A stretch of DNA of 64,000 bases from Eledone cirrhosa (GCA_964016885.1 OZ024756.1:29884001-29948000), one strand, 5' to 3'. Shown: positions 42,240 through 57,374, numbered from the stretch's first letter. Program-made: numbers and translations. The notes: generated by a model not told the origin, from the letters alone.

Positions 42240-42399
42240 ATAATGCTTTAGTCACAAATCAAACAATTTTGAAGGAATGTCAGCTGACGTTCTTTATGAT
42301 TTCGTACGAATGAAACAGTTCTAGTCCTGTAGAAGTCATTTCTATATATATAATAACGATACATATACATATATGTATATATGTATATGTATATACATA

Positions 42400-42476
42400 C
42401 AGGGTGTCCCAAAAAATGTATACGCACATTTATTAGAATGTTGTTGAAGTGCGTATACATTTTTTGGGACACCCTG
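42400..42476. mobile_element. 77-bp Tc1/mariner-type MITE
   Basis: Perfect 28-bp TIR CAGGGTGTCCCAAAAAATGTATACGCAC with TA on both sides. Confidence 0.85.
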
Positions 42477-44418
42477 TATATATATACATATAACATATAC
42501 ATATATGTATATATGTATATGTTTATAGGTATATGTAAATAGGTATGTATATATATATAAGTAAATGTATATAGGTATATATATATGTGTAGGGTATATA
42601 TATATATGTGTAGGTATATATATATTGTGTAGGTATATATATAGGTAAATCTATATAGGTTTATGTATATATATATAAGTAAATGTATATAGGTATATAT
42701 ATATGTGTAGGTATATTATATATGTGTAGGTATATATATATGTGTAGGTATATATATAAGGTAAATCTATATAGGTTTATGTATAGTATATATAAGTAAA
42801 TGTATATAGGTATATATATATGTGTAGGTGATATATATATATGTGTAGGTATATATATGTGTGTAGGTATATATATAGGTAAATCTATATAGGTTTATGT
42901 ATATATGTGTTTGAGTAAGAATTCGTTCATGCATTAATCTAATTCCAGTCCAAATTCTTAGCTTCAGGTAATATAGAGATTGGTGGCGGCGGTGGTGGTG
43001 ATGGTGGCGGTGGTGGTGGTGGTGGTGGTGGTGATGGTGGTGGTCGTGGTGGTGGTGGTCGTGGCGGTGGCGGTGATGGTGGTGGTGGCGGTGGTGGTGG
43101 TGGTGGTGGTGGTGGTCGTGGTGGTGGTGGTCGTGGCGGTGGCGGTGATGGTGGTGGTAGTGGTGGTGATGGTGGCGGTGGTGGTGGCGGTGGTGGTGGT
43201 GGTGGTGGTGGTGGTCGTGGCGGTGGCGGTGATGGTGGTGGTAGTGGTGGTGATGGTGGCGGTGGTGGTGGCGGTGGTGGTGGTGGTGGTGGTTGGTGGT
43301 CGTGGCGGTGGGTGGTGATGGTGGTGGTAGTGGTGGTGATGTGGTGGTGGTGGTGATGGTGGTGGTGATGGTGGCGGTGGTGGTGGTGGTGGTAGTGGTG
43401 GTGATGGTGGCGTGGTGGTGGTGGTGGTGGTGGTGGTGGTCGTGGCGGGTGGCGGGTGGTGGTGGTGGTGGTGGTGGTGGGTGGTCGTGGCGGTGGCGGT
43501 GATGGTGGTGGTAGTGGTGGTGATGGTGGTGGGTAGTAGTAGTGTTAGTGGTGGTGGTAGTGGTGGTGGTAGTGGTAGTGGTGGTGGTAGTGGTGGTGGT
43601 AGTGGTAGTGGTGGTGGTAGTGGTAGTGGTAGTGGTGGTGGTGGTGGTAGTGGTAGTGGTGGTGGTTAGTGGTAGTGGTGGTGGTAGTGGTGGTAGTGGT
43701 GGTGGTAGTGGTGGTGGTAGTGGTAGTGTTTAGTGGTGGTGGTAGTGGTAGTGGTAGTGGTAGTGGTGGTGGTAGTGGTAGTGGTGGTGGTAGTGGTAGT
43801 GGTAGTGGTGGTGGTGGTGGTAGTGGTAGTGGTGGTGGTAGTGGTAGTGGTGGTGGTAGTGGTGGTAGTGGTGGTGGTAGTGGTGGTGGTGCTCGTAGTG
43901 GTAGTGGTAGTGGTGGTGGTGGTGGTGGTGGTAGTGGTAGTGGTAGTGGTGGTGGTAGTGGTAGTCGTAGTGGTGGTGGTAGTGGTAGTGGTAGTGGTGG
44001 TAGTGCTGGTAGTGGTGGTGGTGGTGGAGGTAGTGTTGTTGGTGTGTGTGTGTGTGGGGGGGGGGGGGGGCTGGTGTTGTTGGTTGTGTTGTTGAGAAGA
44101 AAGATTTGTAGCAGTGGTGGCGGAGTTGGTGGTGGTGGTGGTGATGATGATGAGAGAGAGCTCCCAAAATAGACTAAGGTCCTAGCCAGGGGCAATTTTT
44201 TACTTTTTATGTTATGTGTATATATATACATATATATGTGTGGGGAGTGAGCGGGAAGGTGGTGGAGGTAGAAGTGTTTTCATTTCCATTCCGGTATATT
44301 TTCCTCCCTGTCTCTCTCTCTCTGTCGTATGTATGTGTATGTATGTGTATGTATGTATGTATATATATTGTGTGTGTATGTGTATGTATGTGTATCTGTG
44401 TATGTGTATGAGTGTGCG

Positions 44419-44450
<32 letters not shown>

Positions 44451-46164
44451 GGTGGGGGAGTTGTGTATGTTTGCGTGTGGGCCGTATTTGTCTGTGTATA
44501 TGTTTGACTGTATGTATATATATATATGAGTGTATGTGTGTGCGTTAGTGTCCGTGTGTGAGTGTGTGTGTGTGTGGGATTATGTGTGTATGTGTGCGTA
44601 GCTGTGTGTGTATGTGCGTGTGAGTGCGTATGTGTGATTGTGTGCGTATGTGTATGTGAGCGCGCGTGTGTGATTATATGTGTATGTTTGTGTTGTGTAT
44701 ATGTGTTAGTGTGTGTGTGTGAGATTATGTGTGATTGTGTGTGTCTGTGTGTCTACAGTGTGAGTGTGTATGTGTATGTTAGTGTGTATGTATGTATGTT
44801 TATGTGTGTGTTACATTACCTTATATATTTTCTTCTACCCAATGTCTTCTGTATTCTTATAGGTGTCTTTGTATGTGCCAAAGGCAAGTGAGTTTACCAT
44901 TCATTTAGATGGTAGTGGCACTTGTAGACAAAATTAAATTTATTCTACGGTCAACAGTTTTAGTTCCCTTCAAATTCTACTTTCTAGATAAGGGGTTTCA
45001 ATCTGTGGGCTCTGATATATTAGTGGGTTGCAAAAAATAGAAAATAAATAAAATGCGTTCCGATGTTTAGGCTTTTTAATACAAATCCTCCAGAAGCCTC
45101 CTTTTACTTACGGGGACTTATCACCACATCAACACTAACACCGCGACCACCACCACTAACACTAACACTACACCACATTAACATCACTAACCCCACCACC
45201 ACCACCTCCACTAACACTAACACCACATCACCATCACTAACACTACCATCACCACCACAACAACTAACAATCCTACGTCTTGTGACGTATGAGGCAGCTA
45301 AAGTTGCTCCTATGACCACGATCACTTGGTATCTATCAATACATCGTTCCAACTTTGTTGACGGGTTTCAGGCCCCATGCTGTGATTGCCTACAGCCAGG
45401 TACTCTTGTGACGCTCTCTTCGCCTCTTTTCAAGGGAGTACAAATACAAACCTGATTAGCAATGTCTCCAACTTGGGAGTCGTGTGATGTGGCCTAACTA
45501 GCAAAGTCAACCCTTGTTAGACACACGTTTATGAAACAAAAATCACCTCATTTTAAATTGGTTCCTAACTAACCCATTTTATATCAACTCACTCGACACC
45601 ACTTGAGGTCCTATGAAACAACACACCTCCCCCACCATTTTGAAAGGTTCCTATTTAATTAGAAACTTCTAACATAATTTTATAGAAGTATATGTTAAGT
45701 TTCTATTTCAGTAATGAAGTAATTACTAATTTTAGTAAATCCCTCGAATTCTTCATTAATTAATTGAAAAACCAATGTTGCTATTCAAATTAAAATCTTC
45801 CAACATGATTTTATAAAGTAACCATATTTTTAAGTTACTATCTTAGTAAAGAAATAATTAATAATTGTAGTAAATCCCTAAACTTCTTTATTAATTAATT
45901 GAAACGAAAGTTTTTTATTTATATTAAAATCTTCCATCATAATTTGACAAAAAAATCAATTTAAATTACTATCTAAGTAATGAAATCATTAAATAATTCA
46001 TTAGAAATACAGTAATGAAAATGTTAAGCAAATGAGAAAAAGAGTCTCGCTGGTACATATTACTCATCACTACAGTTCCCCAAATCTGATATGAATATAT
46101 TAGGATTTATCATTAAAGAAAGTAACACGAAGTAACAGATTTCACAAATTTCGTGTCTGATATA

Positions 46165-46413
46165 CAGTGAAATTCCGTTATAGCGAACTTCACGGGGTAT
46201 AAAAAAAAATTCATTCTAACGAAAAATTATTTAGAACGAGATCGACCTAACACATCGAACGTGTGGCGGGGATTAACAAAAATTCGTTGTAACGAGAAAT
46301 TCTTTATAACGAAATCGACCTAACACATCGAGCGTGTGGCCGGGAATGAAAAAAAAAATTCGTTATACTGAAAAATTCGTTATAACAGTATTCGTTATAG
46401 CGGAATTTTACCT
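46165..46413. mobile_element. pogo/Tigger-like MITE
   Basis: Imperfect TIR CAGTGAAATTCCGTTATAGCGAA / TTCGTTATAGCGGAATTTTAC, TA at the left end, and internal TTCGTTATAAC repeats. Confidence 0.75.
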
Positions 46414-46414
46414 A

Positions 46415-46550
46415 AATTGTCAGAGTTGTTAGAACGTCGGATAGAATGCTTTGTAGTATTCATTCCGACTCTCTGCTCTCTGAGTTCAAATCTCCCTGAG
46501 GTCAACTTTGCCTTTCATCCATTTAAGGTCGATAAAAAAAGTACCAGTCT
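46415..46550 (+). mobile_element. Old SINE family A copy
   Basis: GAGTTCAAATC...GTCAACTTTGCCTTTCATCC...GTCGATAAAA...GTACCAGT. Confidence 0.75.
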
Positions 46551-47223
46551 TGTACGGAGCTTCGATTGATTCTTCCTCTATATCTCAGTAGTAGTAGTAG
46601 TAGTAATAGTTGTTGTAGTAGTTAGTGGTAGTATAACAGCAACATCAAGAAGAAGAAGAAGAAGAAGAAGAAGAAGAAGAAGAAGAAGAAGAAGAAGAAG
46701 AACAACAACAACAACAACAACAACAATAACAACAACAGTAGCAGGATTAGAATAACCACTGATATCTACTTAGTGACAGTGATATTACTGTCTGTTCCCA
46801 CCATATCCCACCCTACACATGAGATTTGTTTAGATGAACTCACATAGCAATCATACAGGCATTATATCCTGTGTGATATCGTCTTACTCTATATTACATT
46901 TTATTATATATCATACGTTAGATCGTGTTGTATTATTTATTGCATTCCTCTCTTCCATGTCTGAAGGGATATTTTCAAATTATGCGGCGATAATGAAGAG
47001 AGGAGAGAATTATTGCTGAATAACACCAAATTTCTCTCTCTCTCTTCCTCTCTCTCTCTCTCTCTCTCTTTCTCTCTGTCTATGTCTCTCTCTCTGCCTC
47101 TCTCTATGTCTATGTCTCTCTCTCTCCCTCTCTCTCCGTCTCTCTCTCTCTCAACACCCCCACACATATATATACATGCATATGTGTGTGGTTTTATGCG
47201 TACGTCGGTAAGTAGATGTGTAT

Positions 47224-47276
<53 letters not shown>

Positions 47277-47358
47277 TATAAATATTCCATATATAAATAT
47301 ATATAGGCAAAAGGGATATTCAATTAATACCATTGAATATAAATATATATATATATAT

Positions 47359-47725
47359 AAAAGAAATAGGATTTCGCTTCAAGCATAGCTTTATACAATA
47401 TGTATAAATATTTCGTATCTCCAAAGAAATATGGTTTTAGGAAGCCGTAATTATGCAAACACCAGAGGGCTAACGCCCTCTGGTGATGTCCAGCAGAAGC
47501 AAGGGGGACAACCGTCTATGCATTTCAGGCTTAACTGGCCATCGTCAGGACGGTCCCTCCCACTGCTTGCGACTGCTGGACTAGAAGACAGGCGAGAATA
47601 TATAGTTTTCTCGTCTGTGTAAATGAGGTGATTAATCTCATTTGCATATGAAGCTGCATAAGTTGGCTCAACTTATAATAGAAAAGAAATAAGATTTCGC
47701 TCCAAGCATAGCTTTATACAATATG

Positions 47726-47728
<3 letters not shown>
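47359..47728 (-). mobile_element. Retrozyme-like/PLE pLTR-like unit (~323-bp monomer + 47-bp terminal direct repeat) in (TA)n
   Basis: AAAAGAAATA(G/A)GATTTCGCT(T/C)CAAGCATAGCTTTATACAATATGTAT at both ends, multiple hairpins, and a hammerhead. Confidence 0.75.
47511..47554 (-). ncRNA. Intact minimal type I hammerhead ribozyme
   Basis: ACCGTC-CTGACGA-tGGC-cagttaa-GCCt-GAA-ATGCAT-A-GACGGT has a perfect 6-bp stem I, a canonical core and a palindromic stem III. Confidence 0.85.
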
Positions 47729-47773
<45 letters not shown>

Positions 47774-47884
47774 TATATAGATAGTTATAGCTCTGATTTA
47801 TCTGAATTATTGAGCCCTCTGCCACTCATTTCGAATTTTGTTTATCGTGAACTCGTGCGCCGATTTTTCGATACTCGATTATTC

Positions 47885-47952
<68 letters not shown>

Positions 47953-47981
47953 TGGTTCCTATATATATATATATATATATA

Positions 47982-48173
47982 TAACGAAGGAAATGTGGTA
48001 AGGAACCAGGTGGACCATAACGCACCAAAGTACTCAATACTTAGGGTAGTAGAGTGGGTAATAGGAACGAGTAGGACCCCGACGGCTGAGCTCAAGCCGT
48101 TTCGACGGCTAATTCTGGACTCAGAATTAGCCGTCGAAACGGCTTGAGCTCAGCCGTCGGGGTCCTACTCGTT

Positions 48174-48177
<4 letters not shown>
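47982..48177. mobile_element. Fold-back insert (36475 family), opposite orientation
   Basis: Tail 47982-48061, arms about 48062-48117 and 48122-48177, (TA)n flanks. Confidence 0.9.
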
Positions 48178-48207
<30 letters not shown>

Positions 48208-48569
48208 TATATGTGTGTATGTTTACAACAAGACTGCTCTGTGTGTATGTATATACCAATGAATGTGTAGTTTAGTATGTATATATGTATACATGCTCGT
48301 CAGTATATGTATCATTTATGCCGGCATGCTTAGATGAATACAAAATTGCATATATAATTATGAATATAATTACTATGATATATATATGCATATATGTATG
48401 CATATATGCATAAGTATATATTCTTAGAAAATGTAGAAATTCCAAATGCAGAAAATAGTTGCAACCAGAGTCGATCTCTATAAATAATAGCTTAGGGAAA
48501 TCGGGTAAAATACCCCTATAGATTGAAAAAAGTGGCCAGCAACCTATCCGAAGAATATATATATATATG

Positions 48570-48633
<64 letters not shown>

Positions 48634-48849
48634 CACTCGTAAATGCGTTTATGTATTTTGAAAGAGATGAAAACTAACATGGCTGCTACGTTCTCACTAT
48701 ATTAATATATTCTATACACACAAATTTATATTCATACATGCATATATATATATACATGCATATATATATACATTTATTATATATACATGCATATATATAT
48801 ACATTTATTAAATATACATTTATTTATATGCATAATGCATATATATACA

Positions 48850-48923
<74 letters not shown>

Positions 48924-48951
48924 TATATATAATATATATATATATATACAT

Positions 48952-48985
<34 letters not shown>

Positions 48986-49039
48986 ATTATCTCAATCATG
49001 ACATCCATAACTTTGAATGTAATATATATATATATGTGT

Positions 49040-49161
<122 letters not shown>

Positions 49162-49486
49162 GTATTTCAACACGTACACATACACACATACATACACACC
49201 TGCATAAACACACACGCATATATGTGTGTGTGTTACAAATCCACATGGACGTTGTGCAGCCAGTTGTGTTCACACCAATCAAATACTACAAACTTACCAT
49301 TTATTACTGCAGCCGACATCAAAGGATAGTGGGATCAAAGATGTGATATTTTAATGAGTCCATACCTGTCTACATGTCTTTCAGCCTCTCTATCTGTCTG
49401 TCTTTCTGTCTGCCCGTCTGTCTGTCTGTCTGTTTGCCTCTGCGTCTCCCTTTCTCGCTCTCTCTCTCTCCCTCCCTCTCCTTCTC

Positions 49487-49613
<127 letters not shown>

Positions 49614-49621
49614 CTATATAT

Positions 49622-49688
<67 letters not shown>

Positions 49689-49774
49689 ACAAGCACGCAC
49701 ACACATACATATATATATAAGCGCCTGAAGATCAGATCACAATTTTGATCGTCGTTACAATCTGGAGATATGGT

Positions 49775-49863
<89 letters not shown>

Positions 49864-50102
49864 ACTGTTTGAGTTTATAACTCTAAATATAATATAATAT
49901 ATATTTATATATATATTTATTAAAATAACAGATTAAAGTTTAAGCAAAGAATCGCTCCTTTCACCCTTAACGGGATCTTCTGAAAATTTTAATAAATATT
50001 TGCTCTACGGTTCTTATATATTTGATATATATTTATCCTTATCGAGCCCTCTTTGGATTTTAGTCTTCAAATTTATTATTATTAATAATATTATTATTAT
50101 AT

Positions 50103-50161
<59 letters not shown>

Positions 50162-50218
50162 AACGCACATATATATATATATATATATGTTATTATTTGA
50201 TCCTCAGCTGTCTGTTAG

Positions 50219-51780
50219 TCAGTGTTACCTTAGCTGAGCAGTTGAAACGCACTTTTGACCCTCAACATTCAGTAGTCTCTTAATCAGTGTTACCTTAGCT
50301 GAGCAGTTGAAACGCACTTTTGACCCTCAACATTCAGTAGTCTCTTAATCAGTGTTATCTTAGCTGAGCAGCTGAAACACACTTTTGACCCTCAACATTC
50401 AGTAGTCTCTTACTCAGTGTTACTTTAGCTGAGCAGTTGAAACACACTTTTGACACTCAACATTCAGTAGTCTCTTACTCAGTGTTACCTTAGCTGAGCA
50501 GTTGAAACGCACTTTTGACCCTCAACATTCAGTAGTCTCTTACTCAGTGTTACCTTAGCTGAGCAGTTGAAACACACTTTTGACCCTCAACATTCAGTAG
50601 TCTCTTACTCAGTGTTACCTTAGCTGAGCAGTTGAAACACACTTTTGACCCTCAACATTCAGTAGTCTCTTACTCAGTGTTACCTTAGCTGAGCAGTTGA
50701 AACACACTTTTGACCCTCAACATTCAGTAGTCTCTTACTCAGTGTTACCTTAGCTGAGCAGTTGAAACACACTTTTGACCCTCAACATTCAGTAGTCTCT
50801 TACTCAGTGTTACCTTAGCTGAGCAGTTGAAACACACTTTTGACCCTCAACATTCAGTAGTCTCTTACTCAGTGTTACCTTAGCTGAGCAGTTGAAACAC
50901 ACTTTTGACCCTCAACATTCAGTAGTCTCTTATCAGTGTTACTTTAGCTGAGCAGTTGAAACACACTTTTGACCCTCAACATTCAGTAGTCTCTTACTCA
51001 GTGTTACTTTAGCTGAGCAGTTGAAACACACTTTTGACCCTCAACATTCAGTAGTCTCTTACTCAGTGTTACCTTAGCTGAGCAGTTGAAACACACTTTT
51101 GACCCTCAACATTCAGTAGTCTCTTACTCAGTGTTACCTTAGCTGAGCAGTTGAAACACACTTTTGACCCTCAACATTCAGTAGTCTCTTACTCAGTGTT
51201 ACCTTAGCTGAGCAGTTGAAACACACTTTTGACCCTCAACATTCAGTAGTCTCTTACTCAGTGTTACCTTAGCTGAGCAGTTGAAACACACTTTTGACCC
51301 TCAACATTCAGTAGTCTCTTACTCAGTGTTACCTTAGCTGAGCAGTTGAAACACACTTTTGACCCTCAACATTCAGTAGTCTCTTACTCAGTGTTACCTT
51401 AGCTGAGCAGTTGAAACACACTTTTGACCCTCAACATTCAGTAGTCTCTTACTCAGTGTTACCTTAGCTGAGCAGTTGAAACACACTTTTGACCCTCAAC
51501 ATTCAGTAGTCTCTTACTCAGTGTTACCTTAGCTGAGCAGTTGAAACACACTTTTGACCCTCAACATTCAGTAGTCTCTTACTCAGTGTTACCTTAGCTG
51601 AGCAGTTGAAACACACTTTTGACCCTCAACATTCAGTAGTCTCTTACTCAGTGTTACCTTAGCTGAGCAGTTGAAACACACTTTTGACCCTCAACATTCA
51701 GTAGTCTCTTACTCAGTGTTACCTTAGCTGAGCAGTTGAAACACACTTTTGACCCTCAACATTCAGTAGTCTCTTAGTCA
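50219..51780. repeat. Satellite, 65-bp unit, about 24 copies
   Basis: CAGTGTTACCTTAGCTGAGCAGTTGAAACACACTTTTGACCCTCAACATTCAGTAGTCTCTTACT. Confidence 0.95.
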
Positions 51781-52089
51781 ATTTAACTCAGCACTTGAAC
51801 CCCGGACGGCAGCTCCACTCCATCAATATTGATTGTTTCAGGTTGTTAAATGTATGGGCAAGATGGCGACTGCATGTCTATGCTGCTAAGTAAGTGAAAT
51901 ACAATCAACAATTAAAGCCAGCAATAAACATTCTCTAATTAACATCATTAAAACAACACAATATTTTGAGTCGCAATGAACGACAGCGAAAACAACGACA
52001 GCAACAATAACTGCAACAACAGCAGTAACAATAATTGCAATAAGGCGTTGTTGATGATGATAATGATGATTATGGTTGTGATATGGTAG

Positions 52090-55000
52090 ATAGACAGACA
52101 GACAGACGGACTAGCAGACAGTCAGACAAACTGGCAGACATACAGACAGACATACGGACAGATTGACAGACTAGCAGACAGTCAGACAAACTGGCAGACA
52201 TACAGACAGATAGACGGACAGATTGACAGACTAGCAGACAGTCAGACAAACTGGCAGACATACAGACAGACATACGGACAGATTGAGAGACTAGCAGACA
52301 GTCAGACAAACTGGCAGACATACAGACAGACATACGGACAGATTGACAGACTAGCAGACAGTCAGACAAACTGGCAGACATACAGACAGACATACGGACA
52401 GATTGAGAGACTAACAGACAGTCAGACAAACTGGCAGACATACAGACAGATAGACGGACAGATTGACAGACTAGCAGACAGTCAGACAAACTGGCAGACA
52501 TACAGACAGACATACGGACAGATTGAGAGACTAGCAGACAGTCAGACAAACTGGCAGACATACAGACAGACATACGGACAGATTGAGAGACTAGCAGACA
52601 GTCAGACAAACTGGCAGACATACAGACAGACATACGGACAGATTGACAGACTAGCAGACAGTCAGACAAACTGGCAGACATACAGACAGACATACGGACA
52701 GATTGAGAGACTAACAGACAGTCAGACAAACTGGCAGACATACAGACAGACATACGGACAGATTGAGAGACTAGCAGACAGTCAGACAAACTGGCAGACA
52801 TACAGACAGATAGACGGACAGATTGACAGACTAGCAGACAGTCAGACAAACTGGCAGACATACAGACAGACATACGGACAGATTGACAGACTAGCAGACA
52901 GTCAGACAAACTGGGAGACATACAGACAGACATACGGACAGATTGACAGACTAGCAGACAGTCAGACAAACTGGCAGACACACAGACAGACATACGGACA
53001 GATTGACAGACTAGCAGACAGTCAGACAAACTGGGAGACATACAGACAGACATACAGACAGACATACGGACAGATAGAGAGACTAACAGACAGTCAGACA
53101 AACTGGCAGACATACAGACAGATAGACGGACAGATTGACAGACTAGCAGACAGTCAGACAAACTGGCAGACATACAGACAGACATACGGACAGATTGAGA
53201 GACTAGCAGACAGTCAGACAAACTGGCAGACATACAGACAGACATACGGACAGATTGAGAGACTAGCAGACAGTCAGACAAACTGGCAGACATACAGACA
53301 GATAGACGGACAGATTGAGAGACTAACAGACAGTCAGACAAACTGGCAGACATACAGACAGACATACGGACAGATTGAGAGACTAACAGACAGTCAGACA
53401 AACTGGCAGACATACAGACAGACATACGGACAGATTGAGAGACTAACAGACAGTCAGACAAACTGGCAGACATACAGACAGACATACGGACAGATTGAGA
53501 GACTAACAGACAGTCAGACAAACTGGCAGACATACAGACAGATAGACGGACAGATTGACAGACTAGCAGACAGTCAGACAAACTGGCAGACATACAGACA
53601 GACATACGGACAGATTGAGAGACTAACAGACAGTCAGACAAACTGGCAGACATACAGACAGATAGACGGACAGATTGACAGACTAGCAGACAGTCAGACA
53701 AACTGGCAGACATACAGACAGACATACGGACAGATTGAGAGACTAACAGACAGTCAGACAAACTGGCAGACATACAGACAGACATACGGACAGATTGAGA
53801 GACTAACAGACAGTCAGACAAACTGGCAGACATACAGACAGACATACGGACAGATTGAGAGACTAGCAGACAGTCAGACAAACTGGCAGACATACAGACA
53901 GACATACAGACAGATTGACAGACTAGCAGACAGTCAGACAAACTGGCAGACATACAGACAGACATACGGACAGATTGAGAGACTAGCAGACAGTCAGACA
54001 AACTGGCAGACATACAGACAGACATACGGACAGATTGAGAGACTAGCAGACAGTCAGACAAACTGGCAGACATACAGACAGATAGACGGACAGATTGAGA
54101 GACTAACAGACAGTCAGACAAACTGGCAGACATACAGACAGACATACGGACAGATTGACAGACTAGCAGACAGTCAGACAAACTGGCAGACATACAGACA
54201 GACATACGGACAGATTGAGAGACTAGCAGACAGTCAGACAAACTGGCAGACATACAGACAGATAGACGGACAGATTGAGAGACTAACAGACAGTCAGACA
54301 AACTGGCAGACATACAGACAGACATACGGACAGATTGACAGACTAGCAGACAGTCAGACAAACTGGCAGACATACAGACAGACATACGGACAGATTGAGA
54401 GACTAGCAGACAGTCAGACAAACTGGCAGACATACAGACAGATAGACGGACAGATTGAGAGACTAACAGACAGTCAGACAAACTGGCAGACATACAGACA
54501 GACATACGGACAGATTGACAGACTAGCAGACAGTCAGACAAACTGGCAGACATACAGACAGATAGACGGACAGATTGACAGACTAGCAGACAGTCAGACA
54601 AACTGGCAGACATACAGACAGACATACGGACAGATTGAGAGACTAACAGACAGTCAGACAAACTGGCAGACATACAGACAGATAGACGGACAGATTGACA
54701 GACTAGCAGACAGTCAGACAAACTGGCAGACATACAGACAGACATACGGACAGATTGAGAGACTAACAGACAGTCAGACAAACTGGCAGACATACAGACA
54801 GATAGACGGACAGATTGAGAGACTAGCAGACAGTCAGACAAACTGGCAGACATACAGACAGATAGACGGACAGATTGAGAGACTAACAGACAGTCAGACA
54901 AACTGGCAGACATACAGACAGATAGACGGACAGATTGACAGACTAGCAGACAGTCAGACAAACTGGCAGACATACAGACAGACATACGGACAGATTGAGA

Positions 55001-56912
55001 GACTAGCAGACAGTCAGACAAACTGGCAGACATACAGACAGATAGACGGACAGATTGAGAGACTAACAGACAGTCAGACAAACTGGCAGACATACAGACA
55101 GACATACGGACAGATTGACAGACTAGCAGACAGTCAGACAAACTGGCAGACATACAGACAGATAGACGGACAGATTGACAGACTAGCAGACAGTCAGACA
55201 AACTGGCAGACATACAGACAGACATACGGACAGATTGACAGACTAGCAGACAGTCAGACAAACTGGCAGACATACAGACAGACATACGGACAGATTGACA
55301 GACTAGCAGACAGTCAGACAAACTGGCAGACATACAGACAGACATACGGACAGATTGACAGACTAGCAGACAGTCAGACAAACTGGCAGACATACAGACA
55401 GACATACGGACAGATTGACAGACTAGCAGACAGTCAGACAAACTGGCAGACATACAGACAGACATACGGACAGATTGACAGACTAGCAGACAGTCAGACA
55501 AACTGGCAGACATACAGACAGACATACGGACAGATTGACAGACTAGCAGACAGTCAGACAAACTGGCAGACATACAGACAGACATACGGACAGATTGACA
55601 GACTAGCAGACAGTCAGACAAACTGGCAGACATACAGACAGACATACGGACAGATTGACAGACTAGCAGACATTCAGACAAACTGGCAGACATACAGACA
55701 GATAGACGGACAGATTGACAGACTAGCAGACAGTCAGACAAACTGGCAGACATACAGACATACATACGGACAGATTGACAGACTAGCAGACAGTCAGACA
55801 AACTGGCAGACATACAGACAGATAGACGGACAGATTGACAGACTAGCAGACAGTCAGACAAACTGGGAGACATACAGACAGACATACGGACAGATTGACA
55901 GACTAGCAGACAGTCAGACAAACTGGCAGACATACAGACAGATAGACGGACAGATTGACAGACTAGCAGACAGTCAGACAAACTGGCAGACATACAGACA
56001 TACATACGGACAGATTGACAGACTAGCAGACAGTCAGACAAACTGGCAGACATACAGACAGATAGACGGACAGATTGAGAGACTAGCAGACAGTCAGACA
56101 AACTGGGAGACATACAGACAGACATACGGACAGATTGACAGACTAGCAGACAGTCAGACAAACTGGCAGACATACAGACAGATAGACGGACAGATTGAGA
56201 GACTAGCAGACAGTCAGACAAACTGGCAGACATACAGACAGACATACGGACAGATTGACAGACTAGCAGACAGTCAGACAAACTGGCAGACATACAGACA
56301 GATAGACGGACAGATTGACAGACTAGCAGACAGTCAGACAAACTGGCAGACATACAGACAGATAGACGGACAGATTGACAGACTAGCAGACAGTCAGACA
56401 AACTGGCAGACATACAGACAGATAGACGGACAGATTGACAGACTAGCAGACAGTCAGACAAACTGGCAGACATACAGACAGATAGACGGACAGATTGACA
56501 GACTAGCAGACAGTCAGACAAACTGGGAGACATACAGACAGACATACGGACAGATTGACAGACTAGCAGACAGTCAGACAAACTGGCAGACATACAGACA
56601 GATAGACGGACAGATTGAGAGACTAGCAGACAGTCAGACAAACTGGCAGACATACAGACAGACATACAGACAGATTGACAGACTAGCAGACAGTCAGACA
56701 AACTGGCAGACATACAGACAGATATACAGACAGATTGACAGACTAGCAGACAGTCAGACAAACTGGCAGACATACAGACAGATATACAGACAGATAGAGA
56801 GACTAACAGACAGTCAGACAAACTGGGAGACATACAGACAGACATACAGACAGATAGAGAGACTAACAGACAGTCAGACAAACTGGGAGACATACAGACA
56901 GATAGACGGACA
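52090..56912. repeat. Satellite, 60-bp unit derived from (GACA)n, about 80 copies
   Basis: Units align column-wise at 60 bp; one 12-bp insertion near 53045. Confidence 0.97.
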
Positions 56913-57189
56913 TATTATATCCTGCCAGACAGGACTGACAGACTGACAGACTGACAGACAGACTGACAGACAAACTGGCAGACACACAGACAGCCAGATT
57001 CATGGATTGATAGATAGACAGATAGACAGACACACAGACTGACTGACAAACTAGAGGACAGACAGACATACTGGTAGACAAGCAGATGATGATGATGATG
57101 ATAAGGGGGAAAAAGAAGAGAAAAAGGAGAGGGAGATATCTGAAGAGCGAGAAAGAGAGAGAGAGAGGGATGGAGAAAAAGGAAGAGAG

Positions 57190-57271
<82 letters not shown>

Positions 57272-57311
57272 GAGAAAGATTGAGAGAGATAGAGATTGAG
57301 ATAGATAGATA

Positions 57312-57374
<63 letters not shown>

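Noticed and set aside
50219-51780. Tandem hammerheads in the 65-bp satellite (CTGAGCAGTTGAAAC)
   Set aside because: Core is CTGAGCA rather than CTGANGA, with no stem II or stem III.
52070-56893. 1607-aa ORF
   Set aside because: Translation of a 60-bp stop-free satellite; no unique domain.
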